This document shows, piece after piece, positions 18,428 through 27,788 of a stretch of DNA of 64,000 nt. The notes under the pieces were generated by a model, which saw only the letters and a program-made list of their open reading frames with translations, was not told where the DNA came from and searched no databases. Every line of letters starts with the position of its first letter. The stretch's first letter is position 1. The position numbers were made by a program, and so were the translations under genes. The stretch covers positions 105,156 through 169,155 of the forward strand of contig CAWBMN010000018.1 of NCBI GenBank assembly GCA_963789945.1, given 5' to 3'. Origin of the DNA: an uncultured beta proteobacterium. GTDB taxonomy: Bacteria; Pseudomonadota; Gammaproteobacteria; Burkholderiales; JACQAP01.

Positions 18428-19534
18428 CTAACGAAAACTGGACGGCGAGTGGAGCGCGAAGTTTAGCATTACCAGCACCGCCAGCAACAGCGCGGCCACG
18501 CCGTTGTGCGCCACCGCCACGGGCAGCGGCAGACTCGCCAGGACATTGGCGATGCCCAGCGTCACTTGCAGCAACAGCAGCGCCAGTACCGCGATACCGA
18601 ACCGGCGCAGGCCTCTCAGCCGCATCGCGGAATGTGCAAGGACCGCGAGATACGCAAAAGTTACCAGCGCGCCGACGCGATGCGTCCAGTGGATTGCATT
18701 GAGCGCCTGGTTCGACAACGCTTCGCCTTCTGCAGTCATCCCCAGCTCGCGGAAAAAATGAAATCCGTGCCCAAAGTCCATCGCCGGCGCCCACTCGCCA
18801 TGGCAGGTCGGGAAGTCCACGCAGGCCAGCGCCGCATGATTGGTGCTGACCCAGCCGCCGAGCGCGATCTGCACGCCAAGGATGATCAGGCCAAGAATCC
18901 CCCAGCGCCGGAGTGCGTGCAACGTCGAGGGTTGTCCGCCGCCGATGCCGATATGCCGCGCGGTCAGCCAGGCCAGCAGCGCCACCAGGGCCATGCCGCC
19001 CAGCAGATGCAGCGTCACGATCGCCGGCTTGAGCAATAAGGTCACCGTCCACTTGCCAAATAGTCCCTGCAAGACTACCAGCCCCACCAGCGCCAGCGGC
19101 AATCCGACCTGCGCGGCCGGGTCATCGGCCCCGGGGTCGCGGCGCCGGCGGCGCAGCGTTTGCCAGACAATAGCCACGATCATCACGCCGACGAACGAAG
19201 CGAAGTAGCGGTGCAGCATCTCATTCCAGGCCTTGGGCAGCGACACCGGACCCGAAGGTGCGACCGCCTCGGCAGCGCGGATTTCTGCCGCCGCGTGCGT
19301 CGGCGACAGCTTGCCGTAGCAGCCCGGCCAGTCCGGGCAGCCCAGCCCGGCGTCGGTCAGCCGCACATAGGCGCCGAGCATGACCAGCCCGAGGGTCATC
19401 ACCGTGGTGGCGATCACCAGCGTACGCAGCGGCAGGTAACGTGCGAACACGACGAGCGCCGCCAGCAGCGACCCGCCCCACGCGGCCGCGTGCAGTGCAT
19501 CCAGGGAGAATTGCCAGACGGCCGCATCCTGCAT
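18428..19534 (-). CDS. ctaA: Haem A synthase (COX15/CtaA)
   Basis: Eight-TM protein with GLGCPDWPGCYG and conserved His pairs. Confidence 0.88.
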   Translation of the reverse strand: MQDAAVWQFSLDALHAAAWGGSLLAALVVFARYLPLRTLVIATTVMTLGLVMLGAYVRLTDAGLGCPDWPGCYGKLSPTHAAAEIRAAEAVAPSGPVSLPKAWNEMLHRYFASFVGVMIVAIVWQTLRRRRRDPGADDPAAQVGLPLALVGLVVLQGLFGKWTVTLLLKPAIVTLHLLGGMALVALLAWLTARHIGIGGGQPSTLHALRRWGILGLIILGVQIALGGWVSTNHAALACVDFPTCHGEWAPAMDFGHGFHFFRELGMTAEGEALSNQALNAIHWTHRVGALVTFAYLAVLAHSAMRLRGLRRFGIAVLALLLLQVTLGIANVLASLPLPVAVAHNGVAALLLAVLVMLNFALHSPSSFR

Positions 19535-19547
19535 TCTTTGCCCTTTT

Positions 19548-20141
19548 TCAGTCGTCCTTCTGCAGCCAGCCGCTGGAAACCTTCACCAGCCTGGTGACGT
19601 CTTGCTTCATCTGTTGCGGATCGGCGTCGCGCGGAAAACGCATCATCAGATTGCCGAACGGATCGACAAGGTAAATGTGGTCGCGCGCCGAACGCGGCGC
19701 CGGCAAGAGCCGCAGGATCTGGTGCGCGTCGCCGATGAACTGGCGCGTGCCCTGGTACTCCGATTCGATCCCCGGCGCCGGTCGCACGCCATCGGGAATC
19801 AGCCACAGGCGTTCGATGCGATCGCGATTTCTGCCCTGAGTGAGCCGGATCTGGCGCATCAGGTACAACTTGGATCGACAGTATTCGTCGCAGACACCGG
19901 CATCGACCATGAGGAACACCCAATTGCCCCGCAGTTCATCGAAGCGGAAGACCTTGCCGTCGCGGTCCGCGACCGCGACACCGGCCAGCGGCGTGACCTC
20001 CAGCAACTCGCCGTAGTTGGTAAACGTCTGCGGCTTCCAGAGGTAATACAGCAGGAAGGAAGCAACGAACGGCGCCAGGCTAATCGTGCCCAGGAGCAGC
20101 AGGGTCCTGCGGGTCTTTTTCGGATCGGGAGCGTCTGACAT
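19548..20141 (-). CDS. Membrane-anchored thioredoxin-fold protein with CxxxC (SCO-like), conserved in cox clusters
   Basis: Start re-picked at MSDAPDPKKTRRTLLLLGTISLAPFVASF (TM anchor). Has a VCDEYC motif. Overlaps the SURF1 3' end by 62 nt. Confidence 0.6.
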   Translation of the reverse strand: MSDAPDPKKTRRTLLLLGTISLAPFVASFLLYYLWKPQTFTNYGELLEVTPLAGVAVADRDGKVFRFDELRGNWVFLMVDAGVCDEYCRSKLYLMRQIRLTQGRNRDRIERLWLIPDGVRPAPGIESEYQGTRQFIGDAHQILRLLPAPRSARDHIYLVDPFGNLMMRFPRDADPQQMKQDVTRLVKVSSGWLQKDD

Positions 20142-20838
20142 GAAAAAAAATGTGGAGAAATGCAACCAACGCGCACAGCGAAAACCATTGCACCGCGTAT
20201 CCATAATGCCTGGCGATGCCAAAATCGGGACGGGGCCAGGAGCGCACCAGGCCGTCGCCCAGGTCATTGTGCTGCTCGATCACCACCGGCTGGATGTCGA
20301 GTTGCATGCGCCGGCGATAGCGCTCGATGGTCAGGTTCTGCCACACCGGTCCGGTAGGCGGTGCCCCGGACAATTCCAGGAATCGCCCCGGCCGCATCGC
20401 GACACCGGCGACCGTCACGCTGCCGTCGGGCGTCTTCACGTCAGGCAGCCGATTTCGATCCGCCCCCGCCGCAACCCAGCCGCGGTTGACCAGGACGTAC
20501 TTCTGCGAACCCGCAACTTTCAACGGCATGACCACGTGGTAGCCGGCTACGCCTGCCAGTACTTTATTGTCGAGCAGCACTGCCGCCTGCGGCACGAACT
20601 CACCCGTGGCTTCGACGCGGCGGAACAGGAGTGGCTCTGCATCCACCGGCGCGGCTGAAAGGGCCACCGGAGCATCGGCAGAACCGCGTTCGTAGGCCTG
20701 CTGCAATCCCTCTTTCTCATGCGCCCGGTCAAGCTGCCAGTTCCCTGCAGCCGCGGTCAGCGCAATGCCGGCAATTGCCACCACCGTTGGCAGCCAGCGC
20801 GGCCGGCGCCACCTCACGGAGTGACTCGGCACGTTCAC
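20080..20838 (-). CDS. SURF1 family cytochrome oxidase assembly protein
   Basis: Two terminal TM helices, GNWQLDR and YAVQWF motifs. Confidence 0.85.
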   Translation of the reverse strand: MNVPSHSVRWRRPRWLPTVVAIAGIALTAAAGNWQLDRAHEKEGLQQAYERGSADAPVALSAAPVDAEPLLFRRVEATGEFVPQAAVLLDNKVLAGVAGYHVVMPLKVAGSQKYVLVNRGWVAAGADRNRLPDVKTPDGSVTVAGVAMRPGRFLELSGAPPTGPVWQNLTIERYRRRMQLDIQPVVIEQHNDLGDGLVRSWPRPDFGIARHYGYAVQWFSLCALVAFLHIFFHVRRSRSEKDPQDPAAPGHD

Positions 20839-20913
20839 CCGATCCGCCGCGAAAGTGGATGCGGCAAGGCGTACCGGCTACACTGGGCGCCACTTGCTTC
20901 GGCCTCCGCGAAC

Positions 20914-21111
20914 ATGAAACTCGTCGTCATCGCCTTTCTCGTCGTCATCGTTGCCAGTCTCGCCTCGGCGCTGATCTACCTGATCCGCGACAAGGGACAA
21001 TCGGACCGTACGGTGAAGGCGCTAACCGTCCGCGTTGCGCTTTCCGTCACCCTGTTCCTGCTGCTCATGGCCGGATACTACTTCGGCATCATTCCGCAGC
21101 ACGGGTTCTAA
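20914..21111 (+). CDS. Twin-TM small protein (DUF2909-like)
   Basis: 65 aa, MKLVVIAFLVVIVASLASALIYLIRDK...LFLLLMAGYYFGIIP, in its usual position within betaproteobacterial cox clusters. The track ORF starts falsely at 20719. Confidence 0.65.
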   Translation: MKLVVIAFLVVIVASLASALIYLIRDKGQSDRTVKALTVRVALSVTLFLLLMAGYYFGIIPQHGF

Positions 21112-21141
21112 AAAAAACAGCCGCACAGTTTTGTGTGCGGC
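21110..21141 (-). terminator. Rho-independent terminator downstream of ctaE (hairpin shared with the convergent + gene)
   Basis: GCCGCACA-N6-TGTGCGGC stem, followed on the minus strand by an 8-U run (the A-run at 21110-21117). Confidence 0.6.
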
Positions 21142-21215
21142 CCCAGTCGCCCGCTTATCCTGCGGGTCTCCTCCTCCTTCTGTTTTTCTTCTTGCTTTTC
21201 CTTGCCGCGGTTTCT

Positions 21216-22070
21216 CTACAGCCAGTAGACCAATATAAACAGCAGCAGCCAGACCACGTCGACGAAGTGCCAGTACCACGACACACCTTCGAAAGCGAAA
21301 TGATGATCGGCGCTGAAATGCCCCTTGATGGAACGGGCCAGAATAACCATCAGCATGATGGTGCCGATGGTGACGTGGAAGCCGTGGAATCCGGTCAGCA
21401 TGAAGAAAGTCGCGCCGTATGCCCCCATGTTCAGCGTCAGGTTCAGTTCCTGGTAGGCATGTACATACTCGTAGGCCTGCAGGCCCAGGAACAGCAAACC
21501 GAGAGCGACGGTGGCGACCAGGCCCCAGATCAATTGCGCGCGGTTGTTCTTCTTCAGACCCCAGTGCGCCCAGGTCACGGTCACGCCGGAACTCAGCAGG
21601 ATCATCGTGTTGATCGCCGGGATGCCCCAGGCACCCATCGGCGTGAAAGTTTCTTCGATCCCCGGACCGGATATCGGCCAGTTCTGCGCCGAGAAACCCG
21701 GCCATAACTGCTCCAGCGTATCGCCGCTCCCCAGCCAGGGCACCGACAGCACCCTCATGTAGAACAGCGCGCCGAAGAACGCGGCGAAGAACATGACTTC
21801 GGAGAAGATGAACCAACTCATGCCCCAGCGAAAGGAAACATCCACCTGCTTGTTGAAACTGCCGCCCTCGCTCTCGCGGATCACGGTGCCGAACCATCCG
21901 AACATCATGTAGACCAGTATCGCCATGCCGGCCAGCACCACCCATTGCCCGGGGCCGACTCCGTTCATCCAGAGGACTGCACCGATCGCCATCAGAAACA
22001 GCGCAGTCGACCCGACGACGGGCCAGTGCGACGGCTGAGGCAGGTAATAACGTGTGGATTGGCTAAGCAT
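21216..22070 (-). CDS. ctaE: Cytochrome c oxidase subunit III
   Basis: Seven-TM Cox3 sequence (FHGFHVTIG, HFVDVVWL). Confidence 0.95.
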   Translation of the reverse strand: MLSQSTRYYLPQPSHWPVVGSTALFLMAIGAVLWMNGVGPGQWVVLAGMAILVYMMFGWFGTVIRESEGGSFNKQVDVSFRWGMSWFIFSEVMFFAAFFGALFYMRVLSVPWLGSGDTLEQLWPGFSAQNWPISGPGIEETFTPMGAWGIPAINTMILLSSGVTVTWAHWGLKKNNRAQLIWGLVATVALGLLFLGLQAYEYVHAYQELNLTLNMGAYGATFFMLTGFHGFHVTIGTIMLMVILARSIKGHFSADHHFAFEGVSWYWHFVDVVWLLLFILVYWL

Positions 22071-22121
22071 TCCTGATTCTCCCTAAGTATTTTGCCCCTG
22101 GTTCACTTGCACTTGTCCGAC

Positions 22122-22334
22122 TCAGCCGACAATGAATCTCACCAGCAATATCAGCGTGGTGACAAATATTGCCGCCCCGATGACGCCGGCGACGATCACC
22201 TGCACCGGCGTGATACTGGCCAGATCCGCCTGGTTGTCCGCCTGCCTGCGCACGCCGAAAAAAGACCAGAACACGGTCCTGAATACGCGCAGGAACGGTG
22301 CCTTTGCCGGTTTACCCGGCTGTTGGTTCACCAC
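22122..22334 (-). CDS. DUF2970-like small membrane protein
   Basis: The C-terminal 70 aa of track ORF 22122..22562 (VVNQQPGKPAKAPFLRVFRTVFWSFFG...VIGAAIFVTTLILLVRFIVG). GTG start overlapping the ctaG stop region. Typical ctaG-ctaE spacer gene. Confidence 0.55.
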   Translation of the reverse strand: MVNQQPGKPAKAPFLRVFRTVFWSFFGVRRQADNQADLASITPVQVIVAGVIGAAIFVTTLILLVRFIVG

Positions 22335-22881
22335 CGCGTGGCCTCGCTGCGGTCGGTGCCGCGCCTTCCACCTTGAAGAAGGTGTAGGAAAGCGTAACCG
22401 TATCCACATTCCGCGGCAGGCCCTGTTCGATGACGAACACCACCGGCATCTGCCGCACTTCTCCCGCTGCGAAACTCTGCGTGGAAAAGCAAAAACAATC
22501 AAGCTTGCGAAAATATTTCGCCGCGACCTGCGGCCCGTAACTCGGGATCGCCTGGCCGGCAACCGCCTGGTCCGAGCGGTTGCGCACTTCGTACATCACC
22601 TGCACCAGTTGCCCGGGATGCACCTTGATGCTGGTCTGCAGCGGCCTGAACTGCCACGGCAGGTCGCTGCGGATGTTGGCATCGAACTCAAGCGTCACCA
22701 GCCGGCTCTCGTCGACCTGCGTATTGGCCGGCGGCGCGCTGGCTTTCTCGACGTCATAAATGCCGGTGACCTCGCAGATCAACTTGTACAACGGCACCAG
22801 CCCATAACCGAACCCGAACATGCCGACCGCAACGATCAGCAGTTTGACCAGGATCGAACGATTCTCAGAAGCCCGGCTCAT
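22312..22881 (-). CDS. ctaG: Cytochrome c oxidase assembly protein CtaG/Cox11
   Basis: N-terminal TM, then the Cox11 domain including the CFCF copper motif (KLDCFCFSTQ). Confidence 0.92.
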   Translation of the reverse strand: MSRASENRSILVKLLIVAVGMFGFGYGLVPLYKLICEVTGIYDVEKASAPPANTQVDESRLVTLEFDANIRSDLPWQFRPLQTSIKVHPGQLVQVMYEVRNRSDQAVAGQAIPSYGPQVAAKYFRKLDCFCFSTQSFAAGEVRQMPVVFVIEQGLPRNVDTVTLSYTFFKVEGAAPTAARPRGGEPTAG

Positions 22882-22991
22882 TTCCAGTGACGCAGGATCA
22901 CGACGACAAAAAAAGCGAGTGCAACCGACAACAGGATCAGCGCGGTTCTGACGTTCCTCGCCTGAATTTGCTTCGCCTGCTGATCATTCAT
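22878..22991 (-). CDS. 37-aa single-TM protein (cytochrome oxidase small assembly protein-like)
   Basis: Below the track length cut-off. Hand translation gives MNDQQAKQIQARNVRTALILLSVALAFFVVVILRHWK. Its TGA overlaps the ctaG ATG (ATGA). Confidence 0.55.
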   Translation of the reverse strand: MNDQQAKQIQARNVRTALILLSVALAFFVVVILRHWK

Positions 22992-23031
22992 GAGTGCAAC
23001 AGCGTGCCGGCTTGCGCCGTCATGCCCGAAG

Positions 23032-24621
23032 TTACCTTACCGTGGGCGGCGTCTCGAAGGTGTGATACGGCACCGGCGTAGGCAGGTGCGTCCATTCCAG
23101 CGAGTCCGCGCCCTCCCAGGGCTTCTGTGGTGCTTTCTCGCCGCTGCGGATGCACTTCAGCACCACGTACAGGAACAGTAATTGCGACAGGCCGAAACCG
23201 AAAGCGCCGATCGACGAGATCATGTTGAAATCCGCGAACTGCGGGGCGTAATCGGGAATGCGGCGCGGCATTCCCGCCAGCCCGAGGAAGTGCTGCACGA
23301 AGAAGATCAGGTTGAAGAAGATCATCGACAACCAGAAGTGCCACTTGCCCAGCGTCTCGTCGTACATGTGGCCGGTCCATTTCGGCAGCCAGAAATAGAT
23401 GCCGGCAAAGGCGGAGAACAGCGCGCCTGCCACCATCACGTAGTGGAAGTGCGCGACCACGTAATAGGTGTCATGCAACTGGATGTCCACCGGCACGATC
23501 GCCAGCACCAGGCCGCTGAAGCCGCCCAGGGTAAACAGGAACAGGAATCCGATGGCGAACAACATCGGGGTCTCGAACGTGAGCGAGCCCTTCCACATGG
23601 TCGCCACCCAGTTGAACACCTTAACGCCGGTGGGCACCGCGATGAGCATGGTTGCGTACATGTAATAGAGCTGCGCGGTGGTCGGCAGCCCGGCCGTATA
23701 CATGTGGTGCGCCCATACCAGGAAGGACAGGATCGCGATCGAAGCGGTCGCGTACACCATCGAGGTATAGCCGAACAGCGGCTTGCGCGAGAATGCGGGA
23801 ATCACCTGCGATACCACGCCGAAGGCCGGGATGGCGATGATGTAAACCTCGGGATGGCCGAAGAACCAGAAAATGTGCTGGAACAGCACCGGGTCGCCAC
23901 CACCGGCAGCATTGAAGAAATGGGTGCCGAAATGGCGGTCGGTCAGGGTCATGGTCACCGCGCCCGCCAGCACCGGCATTACCGCGACCAGCAGATAGGC
24001 CGTTATCAGCCAGGTCCACACGAACAGCGGCATCTTCATCAACGTCATCCCGGGTGCGCGCAGGTTCAGGATGGTGGTGATGATGTTGATCGAGCCCATG
24101 ATCGAGGACATGCCGAGAAGGTGGACCGCGAAAATCGTCAGGTCCATCCCCATGCCCTGCTGGACGGTGAGCGGTGCATACATTGTCCAGCCCACGCCCG
24201 GCGCGCCGCCGGGAACGGCCAGCGAGAGCAGGAGCAGCAGCGCCGCCGGCGGCAGCAGCCAGAAGCTCCAGTTGTTCATGCGCGGGAAGGCCATGTCGGG
24301 AGCGCCGATCTGCATCGGGATCAGCCAATTGGCGAAACCCACGAACGCCGGCATGATCGCGCCGAAAACCATGATGAGCCCGTGCAGCGTGGTCATCTGG
24401 TTGAACACCTCGGGATCCACCACCTGCATGCCGGGCATGAACAGCTCGGCGCGAATCACCATCGCCATGAATCCGCCGGTCAGGAACATGATGAAACTGA
24501 ACCACAGGTACATCGTGCCGATGTCCTTGTGATTGGTGGTCTTGACCCAGCGCATGAGGCCGCCGGGATAATGGTCGTGGCCGTGTGCGTGGTCGTGTTC
24601 GTGGCCGATGACTGCGCTCAT
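23032..24621 (-). CDS. ctaD: Cytochrome c oxidase subunit I
   Basis: 529 aa, NHKDIGTMY, WFFGHPEVY, HHMY motifs. Confidence 0.97.
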   Translation of the reverse strand: MSAVIGHEHDHAHGHDHYPGGLMRWVKTTNHKDIGTMYLWFSFIMFLTGGFMAMVIRAELFMPGMQVVDPEVFNQMTTLHGLIMVFGAIMPAFVGFANWLIPMQIGAPDMAFPRMNNWSFWLLPPAALLLLLSLAVPGGAPGVGWTMYAPLTVQQGMGMDLTIFAVHLLGMSSIMGSINIITTILNLRAPGMTLMKMPLFVWTWLITAYLLVAVMPVLAGAVTMTLTDRHFGTHFFNAAGGGDPVLFQHIFWFFGHPEVYIIAIPAFGVVSQVIPAFSRKPLFGYTSMVYATASIAILSFLVWAHHMYTAGLPTTAQLYYMYATMLIAVPTGVKVFNWVATMWKGSLTFETPMLFAIGFLFLFTLGGFSGLVLAIVPVDIQLHDTYYVVAHFHYVMVAGALFSAFAGIYFWLPKWTGHMYDETLGKWHFWLSMIFFNLIFFVQHFLGLAGMPRRIPDYAPQFADFNMISSIGAFGFGLSQLLFLYVVLKCIRSGEKAPQKPWEGADSLEWTHLPTPVPYHTFETPPTVR

Positions 24622-24679
24622 GGTTGCTTCTCCTCGATAACCTTGCGTATGTTTCTGGGTGAGAATCGGGTGCCGGCGC

Positions 24680-25546
24680 CTACCTGGCGGTCTGTCCGGC
24701 GGCGCCGGCCGCGGCGACCGTTGTCGCGCCTCCCGCAGCCGATGCGGTCTTTTGTCTGGCAGCCCAGTCGGCGAACTCGTTCTGTTCCAGCGCCACTACC
24801 ACGATCGGCATGAAACCGTGTTGCTTGCCGCACAGCTCCGCGCACTGGCCGCGGTAAGTCCCGGCCTTGTCGACCCTGAACCAGGCATCGCGGATGAAGC
24901 CCGGAACGGCGTCCTGCTTGACTCCGAATGCGGGCACCCACCACGAATGCAGCACGTCGTTGGCGGTGATCAGGACGCGCACCTTTTTGCCCACTGGCAC
25001 GACCAGGGGTTTGTCCACTTCGAGCAGGTAGTGCTCGCCCTTGGGCTCCGATCCGTAGATTTGCGCACGCGGGGTGGACAACGTGCTGTAGAACTGCACG
25101 CCGTCGGCCACGCCGGACAAGTCGCCTTCACCCTTGAGGTATTCGTATCCCCATTTCCACTGGTAGCCGGTAACCTTGATGGTCATGTCGGGCGAGGAGC
25201 TGTCCTTCATCGCCAACAGCGATTGCGTCGCGGGAAAGGCCATGCCGATCAGGATGAAGAAAGGCACGACGGTCCACATGATTTCGACGGAAGTGTTCTC
25301 GTGGAAGTGCGCAGCCTGGTGTCCGACCGATTTGCGGTGCTTGATCACCGAGTAGAACATCATGCCGAACACGCCGACGAAAATGACCAGGCAGATGACC
25401 AGAACGATGGTGTGGAGGTCGTACATCTGGCGGGCAATTTCGGTTGCCGGTTCCTGCAGGTTGTATTTGGCCTGCGCCCACGCCAAGCCGGACAGTGGCA
25501 TCAGCGCCGCGACCGCGCCGACCATTTGCAACAACGTCTTGATCAT
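24680..25546 (-). CDS. ctaC: Cytochrome c oxidase subunit II
   Basis: Two TM helices plus a cupredoxin domain with the CuA motif HSWWVP...CAELCGKQHGFM. No fused cytochrome c domain. Confidence 0.95.
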   Translation of the reverse strand: MIKTLLQMVGAVAALMPLSGLAWAQAKYNLQEPATEIARQMYDLHTIVLVICLVIFVGVFGMMFYSVIKHRKSVGHQAAHFHENTSVEIMWTVVPFFILIGMAFPATQSLLAMKDSSSPDMTIKVTGYQWKWGYEYLKGEGDLSGVADGVQFYSTLSTPRAQIYGSEPKGEHYLLEVDKPLVVPVGKKVRVLITANDVLHSWWVPAFGVKQDAVPGFIRDAWFRVDKAGTYRGQCAELCGKQHGFMPIVVVALEQNEFADWAARQKTASAAGGATTVAAAGAAGQTAR

Positions 25547-25567
25547 GCTTCCCCCAAAGTGTGCCTC

Positions 25568-26044
25568 TTATTTACGGACATTCAGATGTTTTCTGAGACG
25601 GCGCGCCGTGGTGGCAAGCTGCTCGTCGGTCAGGAACTTCCCGAACTCCACTTCCTTGCCGTGGGATCGCAACGCCAATCTGCCGCGTTTCATCCCGCGG
25701 GGCTCGCTGACTATCAGCTGCGCCCAGTGGCGGTTGAATTCTGATCTGCTCACGCTGCCGCGCTCCCGGCGCTCGATCACGACCTGATCGTCGTGCACGG
25801 TCATGCACTCATAGTCACCGGTATGCTGCGCCATGCAATGGAATGCCAGACCCACCGCCAGCAGTTCCAATCCTGCGAACGGCAGGATCAGCCATGCGCC
25901 GTTCAACGCGAATCCAAACGAAATCGCCAGAACAACTGCCGCAAGGGAACCCAATACCAGACGCCTGCTACCTGAGGAGAGGGAGTTGTTGCGCCGGGCG
26001 ACGAGCGTGATATCGTTCGCCCCCTCTGCTGCATCGACGTCCAT
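25568..26044 (-). CDS. DUF2244-like integral membrane protein (cox-associated)
   Basis: Two adjacent TM helices followed by a PH-like soluble tail. Start re-picked at MDVDAAEG; the exact start is uncertain. Confidence 0.6.
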   Translation of the reverse strand: MDVDAAEGANDITLVARRNNSLSSGSRRLVLGSLAAVVLAISFGFALNGAWLILPFAGLELLAVGLAFHCMAQHTGDYECMTVHDDQVVIERRERGSVSRSEFNRHWAQLIVSEPRGMKRGRLALRSHGKEVEFGKFLTDEQLATTARRLRKHLNVRK

Positions 26045-26197
26045 GCCAGACACCCGTTTTTTTGCATGCCCCTGCGAGGGGCCGGCAAGACACAAACCCA
26101 TCGCGTTTTCGCGCGCGGAAATGTAGCACAAGGCCCCCGGCGATAGCAAGAAAACGCGGTGGCGGCCATCGCCGCGAAGCGCGCCGGCAACGATGCT

Positions 26198-26908
26198 TCA
26201 GCGACTTTCGTTTATAAGCGTCTCCAGATCGAGAAAGCTTGCTGCCAGCCCCGCGTCCTGCGTACCGAAAGGCACTGTGCCCAGCAATGGCGCCTCGAGC
26301 CGGCAGCGCAGAGCCTCGACATTTTCTTCGAAGGCCGGCATGGCCGTCTCCAGGCAGTTCGCCACCCATCCGGAAAGTCGCAGTCCTCGTCCCCGGATCG
26401 CCTCCGCTGTGAGCAGCGCATGATTCAGACAACCAAGGCGCATGCCGACCACCAGCACAACCGGCAACTCCAGCAGTCGGGCCAGGTCGGCGAAGTCCTC
26501 GCGATCGTTGAGCGGCACCAGCGGGCCCCCGGCCCCTTCTACGACCACCCACTGGGCCATTGAGGACAGGGCGACAAACGCATCACGGATGCGCGCCAGC
26601 GAGATCGTCACGCCCGCCTGGGCCGCAGCGATATGCGGTGCGATCGCGGGTTCGAAACGATATGGGTTGATGAGGTCCATTGGCGCCTCGATGTTCGCGG
26701 CGCCGGTCAGCGCCATCGCATCTTCATTGCGAAGGCCGTGTGCAGTCTGCGCGCAGCCGGCTGCCACCGGCTTCATGCCTACTGCGCACGCACCATGGCT
26801 TGCCAGCGCACGCAACAGTGCCGCCGCGATCAGCGTCTTGCCCACGCCGGTGTCGGTGCCGGCGACGAAAATTCCGTGACTGGTGACTGGGGGCTGGTGA
26901 CTTGTCAA
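26198..26908 (-). CDS. bioD: Dethiobiotin synthase
   Basis: P-loop GTDTGVGKT and EGAGG motif. Confidence 0.9.
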   Translation of the reverse strand: MTSHQPPVTSHGIFVAGTDTGVGKTLIAAALLRALASHGACAVGMKPVAAGCAQTAHGLRNEDAMALTGAANIEAPMDLINPYRFEPAIAPHIAAAQAGVTISLARIRDAFVALSSMAQWVVVEGAGGPLVPLNDREDFADLARLLELPVVLVVGMRLGCLNHALLTAEAIRGRGLRLSGWVANCLETAMPAFEENVEALRCRLEAPLLGTVPFGTQDAGLAASFLDLETLINESR

Positions 26909-26918
26909 ACCCTGAACC

Positions 26919-27788
26919 TCAGCGCGGCTTGATGTCGATAACCGGACGGCCGCTGGGACTCAAGCGCGGCTCGGGCTTCCACGCGTGCCCGTACACGACT
27001 TCAAAGGTCGCCGGCAGCCGGCCATCGCGCCGCAGTTTCTCGTAACGCCGCCTCACGTCTTCGAGCGTGCGCCGTCCGGTGAGGCCGCGGCTGCGTCCTG
27101 TCGCGACATTGTGCGCGCCGATCGCCTTCAACTCGCGCATCAGCGTCTCCACGTCGGCATAGGTGAGCGTGACCTGCTCCATGTCCATCACCGGATCGGC
27201 AAACCCGGCCTGTACCAGCATATCGCCGATGTCGTGCATGTCGTAAAAGCGGTTGACGTGAACGCGGCCAGCGTCGCCCGCAAAGGCCTGGCGAAGTTCC
27301 TTGAGGGTGTCGGGGCCAAAGGTCGTGAAGATCAACAACCCGCCTGGCTGAAGGACGCGCTGGCACTCGGAGAATATGCGCGCCAGGTCGTTCGCCCACT
27401 GGAATGCGAGGTTCGACCAGAACATGCCGACCGTTCCAGCGCGGACGGGAAGCTGCTCGTTATCGCCGCAGACGAACAATTCGCGTCGCCGTCCAATCCA
27501 TTTCTTCCAGCTCGGCAGATTGGCGCGGGCGGTTTGCAGCATCGCCGGCGCGATGTCGAACTCGACCACCATTGCGCGCGGATAACGCCGTGCCAGCGCC
27601 TGCGCCGCGAATCCGGTGCCGCTGCCGGCATCGAGAACCAAAGCAGGTGCAAGCTTCATGAGATCGAGCCGCTCCAGCGCCCGCCGGCAGATTTCCCGCT
27701 GCAACACTGCCGCCCCGTCGTAGGTCAAAGCGGCGCGCTCGAAGGAACGCCGTAACTGACGCTTGTCCAGGGAGTACGCGGAGCTCAC
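26919..27788 (-). CDS. bioC: Malonyl-ACP O-methyltransferase
   Basis: SAM motif LDAGSGTG, located between bioF and bioD. Confidence 0.85.
   Translation of the reverse strand: MSSAYSLDKRQLRRSFERAALTYDGAAVLQREICRRALERLDLMKLAPALVLDAGSGTGFAAQALARRYPRAMVVEFDIAPAMLQTARANLPSWKKWIGRRRELFVCGDNEQLPVRAGTVGMFWSNLAFQWANDLARIFSECQRVLQPGGLLIFTTFGPDTLKELRQAFAGDAGRVHVNRFYDMHDIGDMLVQAGFADPVMDMEQVTLTYADVETLMRELKAIGAHNVATGRSRGLTGRRTLEDVRRRYEKLRRDGRLPATFEVVYGHAWKPEPRLSPSGRPVIDIKPR

Noticed and set aside
23182-24813. 543-aa + strand ORF
   Set aside because: Antisense to cytochrome oxidase subunit I, whose identity is unambiguous. His/Arg/Gly/Glu-rich nonsense composition.
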